Source: Alphaproteobacteria bacterium
GTDB taxonomy: Bacteria > Pseudomonadota > Alphaproteobacteria > UBA828
Reading direction: 5' to 3'
Assembly (NCBI GenBank): GCA_965237415.1
Contig: CBDEFM010000002.1
Span: 1,664,001 to 1,728,000, forward strand
DNA length: 64,000 nt
This document shows, piece by piece, positions 29,551 to 40,275 of the stretch (position 1 is its first letter; each line of letters opens with the position of its first letter). Under the pieces are notes generated by a model. It ran no database searches, had not been told where the DNA came from, and was given only the letters and a program-made list of their open reading frames with translations. Made by a program: the position numbers and the translations under genes.

Positions 29551-30660
29551 GTGAATCGTGCTGTTAAATTGGCCGAAGACACAGCCGCTACGACCGATGC
29601 GCGCATGAATACGTCGACGGTGTGGACGCTGCCCGCCCGCTGGTACGCGGATCCCGAGATCTACGAGGCCGAAAGGCGTCGCATCTTCTCGCGCCACTGG
29701 CTCTGGATCGGGCGCGAGGCGGAGGTCGCCGAGCCGGGTCAGTATGTGACGGCCGCCCCCGCCGGCTTCCCGCTCTTCGTACGCCGCTCCGAGGACGGCA
29801 CGTTGCGCGCCTTTCACAATGTCTGCCGGCACCGAGCCTCCAAGCTTCTGACCGAGCCGAGCGGGCACTGCAATATCATCGAATGCCCCTATCACGGCTG
29901 GCGCTATCGCCCGGACGGCGCGCTCGACCACACGCCGCTGTTCGGCGAGGCAGCGGACTTCCCGAGGAGCGAGCTCTCCCTGTTTCCCGTCGCCGTCGAG
30001 GTCTGGCGCGGTCTCCTCTTCGTCTGCCTGGCCCCGGAGGCGCCGCCGCTCATCGAGTGGCTCGGCCCGATAGAGGAGGCGGTCGGGCGGACTGCACCGG
30101 AGCGGGTCAACTTCGGGCGGGAAGTGACGTTCATGGTCGATTGCAACTGGAAGACCTACATCGACAACTATCAGGAGGGCTATCACATCCCGACCCGGCA
30201 CCCCTCGCTGCACCGGGATCTGGATTGGACGCGGTACCGGGTCATCAATTTCGAGGGCGGCAGCCTCCATGACGCGCCGCAGAAGGGACGCTCGACCCAT
30301 CCCGGCAGCTACGGGTGGCGCTTTCCCAATTTCACGTTCAACTCGTACCCGGACGGGGTTTCCTTCTTGCGGATGGAGCCGGTCGGTCACGGGCAGACAC
30401 ACCTTGTCTATCAATTCTGGGTGCCGGACGGGGCGAGCGCGGCGGAGTTGGAAGCAACGGCGGCCTACGGCACCCAACTGGCCGAGGAGGACATAGGGAT
30501 CGTGGAGGTGGTCCAGGGAAATTTGAGCACGGGCGTCTACGAACGCGGGCCGCTGAGTCCGCGCCACGAGAACGGCCTCTTTCACTTCCACGAGATGGTG
30601 CGCGAGGCCGTCGACTCGGCGCCGCCGCGGGCCGCGACCGCGGTAAGAGTTTCGGATTAG
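29551..30660 (+). CDS. Rieske oxygenase alpha subunit (choline monooxygenase/CntA-like); start uncertain
   Basis: NVCRHRA...CPYHGW Rieske motif; NWK..DNYQEGYHIP..H mononuclear Fe site. Confidence 0.88.
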   Translation: MNRAVKLAEDTAATTDARMNTSTVWTLPARWYADPEIYEAERRRIFSRHWLWIGREAEVAEPGQYVTAAPAGFPLFVRRSEDGTLRAFHNVCRHRASKLLTEPSGHCNIIECPYHGWRYRPDGALDHTPLFGEAADFPRSELSLFPVAVEVWRGLLFVCLAPEAPPLIEWLGPIEEAVGRTAPERVNFGREVTFMVDCNWKTYIDNYQEGYHIPTRHPSLHRDLDWTRYRVINFEGGSLHDAPQKGRSTHPGSYGWRFPNFTFNSYPDGVSFLRMEPVGHGQTHLVYQFWVPDGASAAELEATAAYGTQLAEEDIGIVEVVQGNLSTGVYERGPLSPRHENGLFHFHEMVREAVDSAPPRAATAVRVSD

Positions 30661-31762
30661 AGCGCGCTGGCCTGATGGACTGACTTCTCCAGCCATTCTG
30701 GGCGAATCGCGATCCCCCATCCGGGGCCGCCCGGAATCTCGACCTTCCCGTCCCTCGCGACCGGCAGCTCGTCGTAGATGCCGTACTGCCAGGGATAGAA
30801 GCCGGCCCCCTCGATGGAGAACTCCACGTAGGGCCCCGCGTTCTCCAGCGCACCCATCAGGTGCAGGGTGAATATCGTGACCAGAGAGAGATTGGCGGCG
30901 TGCGGCGTGACCGCCATGCCGGCATCGCGTGCCATGCGCGCGACGCGGAGGAAGCGGTCGCCCCGCCGACGTAGCAGACATCCGGCTGCGCCACGTCCAT
31001 CGTCCCGCTGTCGATCAGGTATTGCCAGAGGGTGAGGTTGTTGTCCTGTTCGCCGCCCGTCACGTCGAGATCGAGCGCCTCCTTGACCGCCCGCGTCCAT
31101 TTCGGCTTCCAATAGGGACAGGGCTCCTCGAAGTGGCACACCGCGTTCTCTTCCAGGAGCCGGCCGAGCGCGATCGCCTGCTCGGGCGCGTAGCAGCTGT
31201 TTCCGTCGACCAGCAGGGCAACGTCATCGCCGAGCGCGCGGCGAACCTCCCGCACGATCGCCTCAGAGCGGCCCGGCCACTGGTCCTGCCCGCGGCCGCA
31301 TTCCGCGCCCACCCGGAACTTGAAGGCGTCGTACCCGTGGCGGTCGCGCAGCCGTAGGAAGCGCTCCGCCTCCGCCTCGGGCGTGATGTCCCGACTCATG
31401 CTGGAGGCGTAGACGCGAAGCGGTCGCGGGGTGCCGCCCAGCAGTTCGCACACGCTCTTGCCCTCGAGCTTGCCGTGCAGATCCCAGATGGCGGTATCGA
31501 GGCCGCCGAGCGCCCGGCACAGATGGGAGCCCGGAAACTTGTGCTCCCTCTCGCAAATCCGATCGAGCAGATCTCCCAGTCCGTCGAGCGACGAGATGTC
31601 CTGGCCGAGCGCCCAGGGCGCGACCTGCCGGTGCAGCACGGTCGCGGAGATGTCGGCATGGTAGGTCGAAACCTGTCCCCATCCTTCCGCGCCGTCGTCG
31701 GCGGTGATCCGCGTCAGCCCGACCTCGCGGGTGCAGAACGTCTCGATCTTTTGAATCTTCAT
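30657..31762 (-). pseudogene. Mandelate racemase/muconate lactonizing enzyme family, frameshifted near 30960
   Basis: DTAIWDL, FKFRVG, VDGNS, FEEP, GGEQ; after YVGGAT the continuation RFLRVARMA...TPH...EFSIE...PGWG is in another frame. Confidence 0.82.
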
Positions 31763-31792
31763 CGACTTGTGCTCACAGTTGTCGAACCGCGG

Positions 31793-32047
31793 TCAGTCCG
31801 GAAAGACGATGACATGGCGCAGACCCTGGGAGCGCCGCGCGTGCGCGATCGCCTCGTTGATCTCGGCCAACGGTCTGCGCGATGCGACCAGCTCATCCAG
31901 CTTGAGCCGGCCCGAGCGGTAGAGCCGGAACAGCCTCGGCGCGTCGACGCGGAGCCTCGCATCGCCCACCCGCACGTTCGCGGTGTTGATGGCCGCGCCG
32001 AAGCCGCGGCAGACCGCGGCGCGAATCTCGATCATGTCTGAAGCCAT
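31793..32047 (-). pseudogene. Internally deleted Zn-dependent alcohol dehydrogenase remnant
   Basis: IRAAVCRGFGA (N-terminus), GFGAAINTANVRVG (middle) and DAPRL..LYRSGRLKLDELV..PLAEINEA..RHVIVF (C-terminus) joined in frame. Confidence 0.75.
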
Positions 32048-32179
32048 GGTCTGCATCGTCTCCGAGGCTGAAGGGCCGGTCATCGCTCCCCGATTGTCCG
32101 ACACTTCCATCGCCGGTGGAACGCTGCGCCGGATCGGAGTATCACTGCGGGCGCGGGCTGCAGCGCGGGAGCGAGGAGC

Positions 32180-32629
32180 ATGAAACGCGTCCACATCAAC
32201 ATCACGGTGACCGACCTCGACCGCTCAATCGGCTTCTACACGACCCTCTTCGGCACCGGGCCAACGGTGCTGAAGGAGGACTACGCGAAGTGGATGCTTG
32301 AGGACCCCCGTCTCAACCTCTCGATCTCGACAGGCTGCGGCGCCGCCGGCGTGGACCATCTCGGCATCCAGACAGAGACGGCCGATGAGCTCGGCGCCCT
32401 CGCCGGGCGGCTCAAGGCGGCGGGCGAGCGCCACGTCGATCAGGCGGATGCACACTGCTGCTATGCGCGCGGCGACAAGACCTGGGTCTTCGACCCGGAG
32501 GGCGTTGCCTGGGAGACTTTCCACACCACCGGCGCCATCACCCGTTACGGTGAGGACCTTGGGCCTGAAACAGGCACGGGCAAGCCGGCCACGGATGAGC
32601 GGATCGCCGCGTCTGCGCCCCAGTCCTGA
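32180..32629 (+). CDS. ArsI/CadI-family VOC metalloenzyme
   Basis: MKRVHI...FYTTLFG..DYAKWMLEDPRLN..HLG..CCYARGDKTWVFDPEGVAWETF. Confidence 0.88.
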   Translation: MKRVHINITVTDLDRSIGFYTTLFGTGPTVLKEDYAKWMLEDPRLNLSISTGCGAAGVDHLGIQTETADELGALAGRLKAAGERHVDQADAHCCYARGDKTWVFDPEGVAWETFHTTGAITRYGEDLGPETGTGKPATDERIAASAPQS

Positions 32630-32662
32630 ACACGCATCTTCGTATCTTCCAGGGAGTTCCCC

Positions 32663-34066
32663 ATGTCCCAGTCGAATCCGGCCTTTCTCACCGCGACCGA
32701 AGCGGCCGAGGCGATACAGGCGGGGCGGCTCAGCCCTGTCGAGCTTATGGAAGCCTTGCTCACCCGGATCGACGCGTACGACGAGAGGCTGCACGCCTTC
32801 GCCGCGGTCTACCGCGAGGACGCGCGGGCCCTCGCCGAGGCGGCGCACAAGGCGATCCGCGCTGGCCACGCGGTCGGCCCCTGGCACGGGGTACCGATCG
32901 CGCTGAAGGACATCATCGACATCGAAGGCCGCGTCACCACGATCGGCAGCAAGCATTGGGAGAACCGCATCTCGCCCACGACGGCGACGCTCGCGCGCCG
33001 GCTGATCGAGGCCGGGATGATCGTCATCGGCAAGGCCAACACCGTGGAATTCGCTATGGGCGGCTGGGGCACCAACCAGCACATGGGGACGCCGCGCAAC
33101 CCGTGGGATGCCGAGGTGCACCGTGCCCCCGGCGGCTCGAGCAGCGGCTCCGGCGTCTCCGTCGCCGCGCGCCTCGTACCGTGGGCGATCGGCACCGATA
33201 CCGGCGGCTCCGTGCGCATTCCGTCCGCCTGGTGCGGTCTGGCCGGCCTCAAGGTGACGATCGGGCAGGTCAGCGCTGCCGGCGTGGCGCCGCTCTCGCA
33301 CACGCTCGACACGCCCGGCCCCATGACGCGCTCGGTGGAAGACACCGCACACCTCTATACGGTGCTGCAGGGCCCCGACCCGGCCGATCCCTCGACGCGG
33401 CGCCATGTGCCCGCCGACCCGTTGCCGACGCTGCGCCGGGGCGTCGCCGGGCTTCGCTTAGGAATCCTGACCGACTCCGAGCGTCGCGGCGTGGATGGCG
33501 ACGTGCTTGCGGCCTACGACGCGGCCGCAGAGGTGCTGACCCGGGCCGGCGCGCATGTGGAGACCCTGGCGCTGCCGCGCTCTGCCGCCGCGTACGGCAC
33601 CGACGTGGGCCGGTTGATCGGCACGGAAGGCTACTTCCACGTGGGCGCGCTGGCGGACGATGAGTCGCTCCCCATCGACGAAGACGTACGCCCCCGCATC
33701 TGGCTGGGTCGGGGCGTCTCGGCGGCCGACTACCTCGCCCTGCTGCGCAGCCGCGAGGACGACAAGCGGGCGGCGATGGCGGCGATGGAGGGCTTCGACG
33801 CCCTGCTCACGCCGGGCACGCTGACTGCGGCGCCGGCCGTGGACGCGATCGACCAGAACAAGACGCCCGCCCACTTCACGCGCCTCGCCAACTGGCTGGA
33901 GTGGTGCGCCCTGGTGGTGCCCAACGGCGCGACCGAGGGCGGGCTGCCAACGTCGCTGCACATCATCTGCCGAGAACGCGACGAGGCGATGGCGCTCCGC
34001 ATCGGCTGGGCCTACGAGCAGGCCACCGACTGGCACCAGCGCGTGCCCCCTGGCTTGGAGGCGTAG
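32663..34066 (+). CDS. Amidase signature family protein
   Basis: GVPIALKD, PGGSSSGS, GTDTGGSVRIP. Confidence 0.93.
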   Translation: MSQSNPAFLTATEAAEAIQAGRLSPVELMEALLTRIDAYDERLHAFAAVYREDARALAEAAHKAIRAGHAVGPWHGVPIALKDIIDIEGRVTTIGSKHWENRISPTTATLARRLIEAGMIVIGKANTVEFAMGGWGTNQHMGTPRNPWDAEVHRAPGGSSSGSGVSVAARLVPWAIGTDTGGSVRIPSAWCGLAGLKVTIGQVSAAGVAPLSHTLDTPGPMTRSVEDTAHLYTVLQGPDPADPSTRRHVPADPLPTLRRGVAGLRLGILTDSERRGVDGDVLAAYDAAAEVLTRAGAHVETLALPRSAAAYGTDVGRLIGTEGYFHVGALADDESLPIDEDVRPRIWLGRGVSAADYLALLRSREDDKRAAMAAMEGFDALLTPGTLTAAPAVDAIDQNKTPAHFTRLANWLEWCALVVPNGATEGGLPTSLHIICRERDEAMALRIGWAYEQATDWHQRVPPGLEA

Positions 34067-34118
34067 CCTCCCCGCTCCGCCCCTCTCTGTGCGGAGTTAC
34101 GTGCGATAGCGTGTGTAC

Positions 34119-35264
34119 CTACAGGCGAAGGCCCGCTTGCCGCATCAGCGGCATCACCTTCTCGCCGAAGTATTTCAGCTCCTCGTAGTAGTCGAGCCAC
34201 GAGAGGATGAAGCCCTCGATGCCGATGTCGGCGATGGCCACCATCTTCTCCACCACCTGCTCCGGCGTGCCGACCAGGGGGTAGCCGCCCCAACCGGCAA
34301 TAAAGCGCTCGCCCATGGCCCGAATCTCCTCTTTGTTCGAGCCATAGGAATAGTTCTCGCCCAGCATGAGCTCGATGATCGTGTTCGTGGCACCCCAATC
34401 GCCCTCGTCCACGATGCGCTGGTAGAGCGCCTTGGCCTCCTCTTCGGTATCGCGGCAGCACACGAGGCCGTAGCTCATGACACCGCAGCGGCGCCCGTGC
34501 TTCGCGGCACGCGCGTGAATGTCCTTCACGATCTTTTCCGCCTTCTCCATCGTCGTGATCGAGAGGAAGTTGAAGTCGGCGAGCTTGGCGGAGAACTCAC
34601 GGCCGGCCGGCGACGAGCCCGCGTTGATGACGACCGGATGGGGCCGCTGGATCGGCTTCGGTGCCAAAAAACCCTGGTTGACCTTGTAGTACGTGCCCTG
34701 ATGGTCGAAGTCGTCCTCGGCCCAGAGCCGCTTCACGATGGAGAGCCATTCGTCGGCCATGACATAGCGCTCGTCATGGTCGAGCTGGTCCATGCCGAAC
34801 ATCTCGATCTCCGGCTTGAACCAGCCGCAGACGACATTGAGACCGAATCGCCCGCTGGAAATGTTGTCGATGGTCGCGGCCTGCTTTGCGGCGAAAATGG
34901 GATGCACCGTCGGCACGTGCGAGGTCGCGAAGACCATGATGTCCTTCGTGTGGCAGGCCATCGCAGCGGCCCAGGTGTAGACCTCCAGGTTATTTCCGTT
35001 GAACTGGGTCGATCCGCCGAAATGGCGCCAACGTCCGACGGGCACCAGCAGCTCGAAGCCGAGCCTGTCAGCAAGCTGGCTGATCTTCACACTATGCTCG
35101 TAAGTCGGCTCGAAGGTCGTTTCCGCATGCGTGATCGTGCAGCCGTTGGAGCAGTTCTGCCCGAACACGCCGAGCTTGAAGCGGTTGTCGTTGAAGACCG
35201 GCACGTTGCGTGCGCGCCAGTCGGCTGCGTCGTCAGGATGCATTGTCGCCCCTTCGGTGGACAT
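34119..35264 (-). CDS. LLM-class flavin-dependent monooxygenase
   Basis: GFELLVPVGRW, AAKQAATIDNISSGRFGLNVVCGW, NAGSSPAG, LVGTPEQV. Confidence 0.9.
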   Translation of the reverse strand: MSTEGATMHPDDAADWRARNVPVFNDNRFKLGVFGQNCSNGCTITHAETTFEPTYEHSVKISQLADRLGFELLVPVGRWRHFGGSTQFNGNNLEVYTWAAAMACHTKDIMVFATSHVPTVHPIFAAKQAATIDNISSGRFGLNVVCGWFKPEIEMFGMDQLDHDERYVMADEWLSIVKRLWAEDDFDHQGTYYKVNQGFLAPKPIQRPHPVVINAGSSPAGREFSAKLADFNFLSITTMEKAEKIVKDIHARAAKHGRRCGVMSYGLVCCRDTEEEAKALYQRIVDEGDWGATNTIIELMLGENYSYGSNKEEIRAMGERFIAGWGGYPLVGTPEQVVEKMVAIADIGIEGFILSWLDYYEELKYFGEKVMPLMRQAGLRL

Positions 35265-35407
35265 GGTCGCGTACCTCTAAGCATGCTGGGAAATGTGTCA
35301 ACGGCGACGGAATCGTATGCGAGCGGGGCGGCACTTGGTCGACACCGGTTGTCAGCGCCCACGCGCTCTCCTAGTCTCCGCGCCAATCAAGCCGAGAGGA
35401 GGTCGCG

Positions 35408-36313
35408 ATGGCCAAGAAGGAAATCTTCGTGGGGATCGGCGTGGACGTCGATTCGGTGGCGGGGCAGATCGGCTCCTATGCCGGCGGCGATTCGCCGAGC
35501 GACATTTCACGGGGCGTGTTCGCCTCCGAAGTCGGGACCCCCCGCATGCTCAAGCTCTTCGACCGGGTGGGCATCCAGACCAGCTGGTTCATCCCCGGCC
35601 ACTCGATCGAGACCTTCCCCAAGGAGATGAAGGCGGTCGCGGCGGCGGGGCACGAGATCGGGCTGCACGGCTACACGCACGAGAACCCGATCGCGATGAC
35701 GCCCGAGCAGGAGGCGGACGTCCTCGACAAGACCCTGGAGCTGGTTACCAAGCTCTACGGCAAGGCGCCCACGGGCTATGTCGCGCCGTGGTGGGAGATG
35801 AGCGCCTACACGCCCCAGCTCCTGATGGAGCGCGGCATCAAGTACGACCACAGCCAGATGCACAACGACTTCGAGCCCTATTGGATGCGGATCAACGAGG
35901 AGTGGACGTTGATCGACTATTCCAATCCGGCGAAGACGTGGATGAAGCCGATGAAGAAGGGCTCCACCTTCCCCATCGTGCAGATTCCGGGCAGCTGGTA
36001 CCTCGACGACCTGCCACCGATGATGTTCATGAAGAAGGTGCCGAACTCCGGCGGCTGGACCAACCCGCGCGACATCGAGGATTGGTGGCGCGATCAGTTC
36101 GACTGGGTCTATCGGGAGATGGACTACGCGGTCTACACGCTCACCATCCACCCCGACATCTCAGGCCGGCCGCAGACGCTGCTCATGTTGGAGCGGATCA
36201 TCGCCCACATCAGCGCCCACGAAGGGGTGATCTGGGCGACCTTCGACGAGATCGCCGACGACTTCATCAAGCGCCGGCCATTCAAGGGCAAGAGGCAAAC
36301 CAAGAAGAAGTAA
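35408..36313 (+). CDS. Polysaccharide deacetylase family protein (PuuE/HP0310-like)
   Basis: [45 protein letters not shown]. Confidence 0.9.
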   Translation: MAKKEIFVGIGVDVDSVAGQIGSYAGGDSPSDISRGVFASEVGTPRMLKLFDRVGIQTSWFIPGHSIETFPKEMKAVAAAGHEIGLHGYTHENPIAMTPEQEADVLDKTLELVTKLYGKAPTGYVAPWWEMSAYTPQLLMERGIKYDHSQMHNDFEPYWMRINEEWTLIDYSNPAKTWMKPMKKGSTFPIVQIPGSWYLDDLPPMMFMKKVPNSGGWTNPRDIEDWWRDQFDWVYREMDYAVYTLTIHPDISGRPQTLLMLERIIAHISAHEGVIWATFDEIADDFIKRRPFKGKRQTKKK

Positions 36314-36328
36314 AGCCGCAGGCCCGCG

Positions 36329-36691
36329 ATGTGCGCGCTCTGCGGCGTGCTCACCGACGGCCCGCATTGGACTGAGGCAGGCACCGATGCGGGCCGGAGC
36401 ACCGCGGCGCCGACCGGCCGGGATCGCCACCTGGAGCGCACGCGCCGCCTCGCGCTGCTCAACCGCGTGCTCGCGGCTTACGGTTGCACCGCCGACGACT
36501 GGGCGGGCGCGCATTACATGGTGCACCGCCGGAGCGGCGGCGCGACCGAGTTGGCGACCGACCTGCCCGGGCTCTGGGTCGCGGTCGAAGGGCTGGTCGG
36601 GCGCGCGCCGGACCCGCTCGACCCCGCCCTGGTCGCGCAGCTGGAGAGCATGCCGCCAGCTAGGCCCAAGCCGCCCCGGCGGCAGGCGTAA
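36329..36691 (+). CDS. Small hypothetical protein with N-terminal CxxCG motif
   Basis: MCALCGVL...HW...DPLDP; sits tightly between the deacetylase and cobW. Confidence 0.75.
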   Translation: MCALCGVLTDGPHWTEAGTDAGRSTAAPTGRDRHLERTRRLALLNRVLAAYGCTADDWAGAHYMVHRRSGGATELATDLPGLWVAVEGLVGRAPDPLDPALVAQLESMPPARPKPPRRQA

Positions 36692-36696
36692 GGCCG

Positions 36697-37740
36697 ATGG
36701 TCGACTACGCTCGGCTCACCCCCGTCATCGTCGTCACCGGGTTCCTCGGCAGCGGCAAGACGACGCTGCTCAACCACATGCTGCGCCACCCCTCCCTGGC
36801 CGATGCCGCGGTGCTGGTCAACGAGTTCGGCGCCGTCGGCCTTGACCACTTTCTGGTCGAAGCGATGGACGAAAACACGGTGCTGCTGGAGAGCGGCTGC
36901 CTCTGCTGCACCATTCGCGGCGACCTCAAGGATTCGATCATCGCTCTCAACAGCCGGCGCGCCCGGGGCGAGATCCCGCCTTACCGGCGGCTGATCGTCG
37001 AGACCACGGGGCTCGCGGACCCGGCGCCGATCCTCTTCACCCTCAGCGCGGACACGGTGCTGAAGCACCACTACCGCTTGGGCTCGGTGATCACGACGGT
37101 GGACGGCGTGAACGGGCTCAGGCAATTCGACCGCCACCCGGAGTCGGTCAAGCAGGCGACGGTCGCCGACAGGATCGTGCTGACCAAGTCCGACATCGCC
37201 GACGCCGACACCCTCGCCCGGCTCCGCGCCCGGCTGACGCGGATCAACCGCTCGGCTGACCAGATCACCGCGGTGAACGGCAAGGTGGACGTGCCGCGCG
37301 TGCTGCGCGCCGATGTCTACGACGCCCGCACCAAGGGGGCCGAGGTGCGCCGCTGGCTCGCGGACGAGGCCGAGAAAGAGGCAGACGACGGCCACGCCCA
37401 CGGGCACGACGTCTCGCGGCACGACGAGCACATCCACTCCTTCACCCTCAGCTTCGACGGCGCGCTCGACTGGACCGCCTTCGGCATCTGGCTGACCATG
37501 CTGCTCCACACCCACGGGGAAAAGGTGCTGCGCGTGAAGGGCATTCTCAACGTCGCCGGCACGCACGCGCCGGTGGTGGTCAACGGCGTGCAGCACGTCG
37601 TCCACCCGCCGATCCATCTCGCCGCCTGGCCAAGCGACGACCGCCGCTCGCACATCGTCTTCATCGTCGACGACCTGCCGCGCGAGGCCATCGAGCGCTC
37701 GCTCGCCGCCTTCAACAGCATCGCCACCGAAGCGGCTTGA
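36697..37740 (+). CDS. CobW/COG0523 metallochaperone GTPase
   Basis: TGFLGSGKTT, VNEFG, GCLCC, VETTGLADP, His-rich stretch, LRVKG. Confidence 0.93.
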   Translation: MVDYARLTPVIVVTGFLGSGKTTLLNHMLRHPSLADAAVLVNEFGAVGLDHFLVEAMDENTVLLESGCLCCTIRGDLKDSIIALNSRRARGEIPPYRRLIVETTGLADPAPILFTLSADTVLKHHYRLGSVITTVDGVNGLRQFDRHPESVKQATVADRIVLTKSDIADADTLARLRARLTRINRSADQITAVNGKVDVPRVLRADVYDARTKGAEVRRWLADEAEKEADDGHAHGHDVSRHDEHIHSFTLSFDGALDWTAFGIWLTMLLHTHGEKVLRVKGILNVAGTHAPVVVNGVQHVVHPPIHLAAWPSDDRRSHIVFIVDDLPREAIERSLAAFNSIATEAA

Positions 37741-37750
37741 GTAGATCCTT

Positions 37751-38695
37751 ATGCCCGACAAGATTGCCATCGTCGGCACCGGCCTGGTCGGCAGCGCCTG
37801 GGCGATCGTCTTCGCCCGTGCCGGCCACCGGGTCGCGCTCTACGACGGGACGGAAGGCCAGTGCGAGGCCGCGATCGCGCGCATCGAAACCAACCTCGCG
37901 GCGCTCGAAGGCCACGGGCTGATCGACGACCCAAACGCCGCACGGGCGCGTATTTCCATTTCAGCCGGCCTCGCCGATGCGCTGGATGGCGCGGCCTACA
38001 CACAGGAGAGCGTGTTCGAGCGTGCCGACGTGAAGCGCGAGGTCTACGAGCAGATCGACCACATTGCGGGCCCCGAGCTGATCGTGGCGTCCTCCTCCTC
38101 CGGCATTCCCGCCTCCACCGTCACGGAAGGCCTCGGCATCGGCCCGCGCTGCCTGATCGCCCATCCCATCAATCCGCCTTACGTCATCCCCCTGGTCGAG
38201 ATCGTGCCGGCGCCTTGGACCGAGGAGGAGGCGGTCTCACGCTGCTGGGCGCTGATGGAGGCCGCCGGCATGGAGCCGGTCAGACTCACGCGGGAGATCG
38301 ACGGCTTCATCGCCAACCGGTTGCAGGCGGCGTTGCTCTGGGAGGCCTTCCGCCTTCTCGAAGGCGGTTACGCCACGGCGAAGGACATCGACACGGCAAT
38401 CTCGGCCGGCCTCGGCCGCCGCTGGTCTTTCATCGGGCCGTTCGAGACCATCGACCTGAACGCGCCGGGCGGCCTCGCCGACTTCTGCGCCCGCCTGGGC
38501 GAAGGCTTCTACGAGTTCATCAAGCAGAGCGAGCCCGCCCAGCCCTGGTCGGACGCAGTCGTGGCCAAAGCGCACGAGGAGCGCCGCGGGCGGCTGCCGA
38601 TGGCGGAACACGGCGACCGTCAGGCGTGGCGGGACCGGCGCCTCATGGGCCTCGCCGCGCACCTCCGCGACGCAACGCGAGACATCGGAGACTAA
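37751..38695 (+). CDS. 3-hydroxyacyl-CoA dehydrogenase family (lambda-crystallin/carnitine dehydrogenase-like)
   Basis: GTGLVG, QESVFE, ASSSSG, AHPINPP..PLVE, GFIANRLQ, GPFET. Confidence 0.9.
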   Translation: MPDKIAIVGTGLVGSAWAIVFARAGHRVALYDGTEGQCEAAIARIETNLAALEGHGLIDDPNAARARISISAGLADALDGAAYTQESVFERADVKREVYEQIDHIAGPELIVASSSSGIPASTVTEGLGIGPRCLIAHPINPPYVIPLVEIVPAPWTEEEAVSRCWALMEAAGMEPVRLTREIDGFIANRLQAALLWEAFRLLEGGYATAKDIDTAISAGLGRRWSFIGPFETIDLNAPGGLADFCARLGEGFYEFIKQSEPAQPWSDAVVAKAHEERRGRLPMAEHGDRQAWRDRRLMGLAAHLRDATRDIGD

Positions 38696-38720
38696 GCCGG
38701 GCGCTCCCGCCCACCGACAC

Positions 38721-39566
38721 TTAGTAGCGATAGCCCGTTAGCGTCTCGCTCAGCTCCCACAAGCGCTGAGCGGTGTCCTCGTCGCGGGACGCGAGCGAGC
38801 TCGTGGCCTCACAGCTCTTGTCGAAATAGCGGCCAGAGACTCCTTCGACATCGGCGCTGGTCGCGACATGGACGCTGGTGCGCGCGCCGGCCTCCACGTC
38901 GATCGCGGAAAGCCGCATCAAGGCCTTCAGAAACGTGGCGAAGAGCCAACCGTTGTTCTGACCGAACCTGCTGGCGACGAAGCCGGGGTGCAGGCAGTTG
39001 GCCGTGACCGGCGTCCCCTCCAGCATTGCCGCGAGGCGATAGGTGAAGAGGATGTTCGCGAGCTTGCTCTGACTGTACGCGCGCCAACCGCGGTAGCGCC
39101 TCGTGCGCTGCGGGTCCTCCAGGTCCATCCGCCCGCTGCGATGGGCCTCGGAGGCGACGTTGACGATGCGGCCTGCGCCGCTCGCCTTCAGGCTCTCCAG
39201 CAACAGCCCGGTCAGCAGAAAGTAGCCCAGGTGGTTGAGGGCGAAGGTCATCTCGATTCCATCTGCGCTCTCGCGCCGGCGGGTGAATATGCCACCGACG
39301 TTGTTGACCAGCACGTCAATGGCCGTGCCGCCGGCGGTGAGGCGCTCCGCCAGCGCCCTGATCTCGGCCTGGCTGGACAGGTCAGCCTGCTCGAAGCGCA
39401 CGCGGTTGTTGCGCGACGAGCGGTGGATCGCCTTGCAGACCTCCGCACCCTTGGCCGCGTTGCGCCCGACGAGGACGACGTCAGCGCCCCGCTCGGCCAG
39501 TGCTCGCGCCGTGACGCGGCCGATCCCGTCCGTCGCGCCGGTGACGACGCAGAGCTTGCCTTCCAT
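38721..39566 (-). CDS. SDR oxidoreductase (retinol dehydrogenase-like)
   Basis: TGATDGIG, NHLGYF, YSQSKLAN, HPGFV. Confidence 0.92.
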   Translation of the reverse strand: MEGKLCVVTGATDGIGRVTARALAERGADVVLVGRNAAKGAEVCKAIHRSSRNNRVRFEQADLSSQAEIRALAERLTAGGTAIDVLVNNVGGIFTRRRESADGIEMTFALNHLGYFLLTGLLLESLKASGAGRIVNVASEAHRSGRMDLEDPQRTRRYRGWRAYSQSKLANILFTYRLAAMLEGTPVTANCLHPGFVASRFGQNNGWLFATFLKALMRLSAIDVEAGARTSVHVATSADVEGVSGRYFDKSCEATSSLASRDEDTAQRLWELSETLTGYRY

Positions 39567-40275
39567 CGCTCGTCTCCCCCTCCACCGTCCCTGCCGTTTT
39601 CCCTAGCTTGGCAGCCGGAGGTGGCGGGTCAAGCCGCGCACGCGTCTTCGGGAGCGTTCACCTACCTTGCGTCGCCGTGGTCATCTCCGCCACCATCGGC
39701 CTCGCGCCACGGGCTCCACCACCGGCCTCGCGTCGCCGTCATTGTTGAGGGCGTTGGGGTGTGGCCGCGGCATCGTCCCATGCGGACGCACAGGCATCGG
39801 CAGAAGGAAGGCTCGAGATGGTCCGTTACGGAAAACGCGTCTGGATTTTGTATCAAGTGTCAATGGCGATGGGATCGTAGCAGGGTATGGAGTCGGCTAG
39901 CGATAACGCCTTAGGCGTGGTGAGTGGGCGAGGGATTTTTTGACCGCACTTTCTCGCGGCTCACCCATTGCCTCAGCGTCTGATCGCGGAGAAACGGTCG
40001 CTGCTACAAAACGCTCGCCGGTAATGTAATCGCGATCACACAGCTCCGTATTCCGCAATTGCCTCGACATGGCGTTGAACGAATCGCCTAATGATGCTGG
40101 TCCACTGACCAGATGAAGCATTAGAAATTCCTATACGGACAGGCGCTCGGGATATATCAAAGTCGATGTCATTCCCGATATTGAGTATGCGCCACTTGAT
40201 ATGCCACAATATATGTCTCAGCAGGACCACACGGAAACATTTTACATTTGGATCACAAAAGTATACCACACTGAT

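Noticed and set aside
21705-30965. Frameshifts near 21710, 22205 and 30960 as programmed recoding or phase variation
   Set aside because: They are single-base shifts in short C/G runs without slippery heptamers. Sequencing error or ordinary decay is more likely, and this cannot be resolved without reads.
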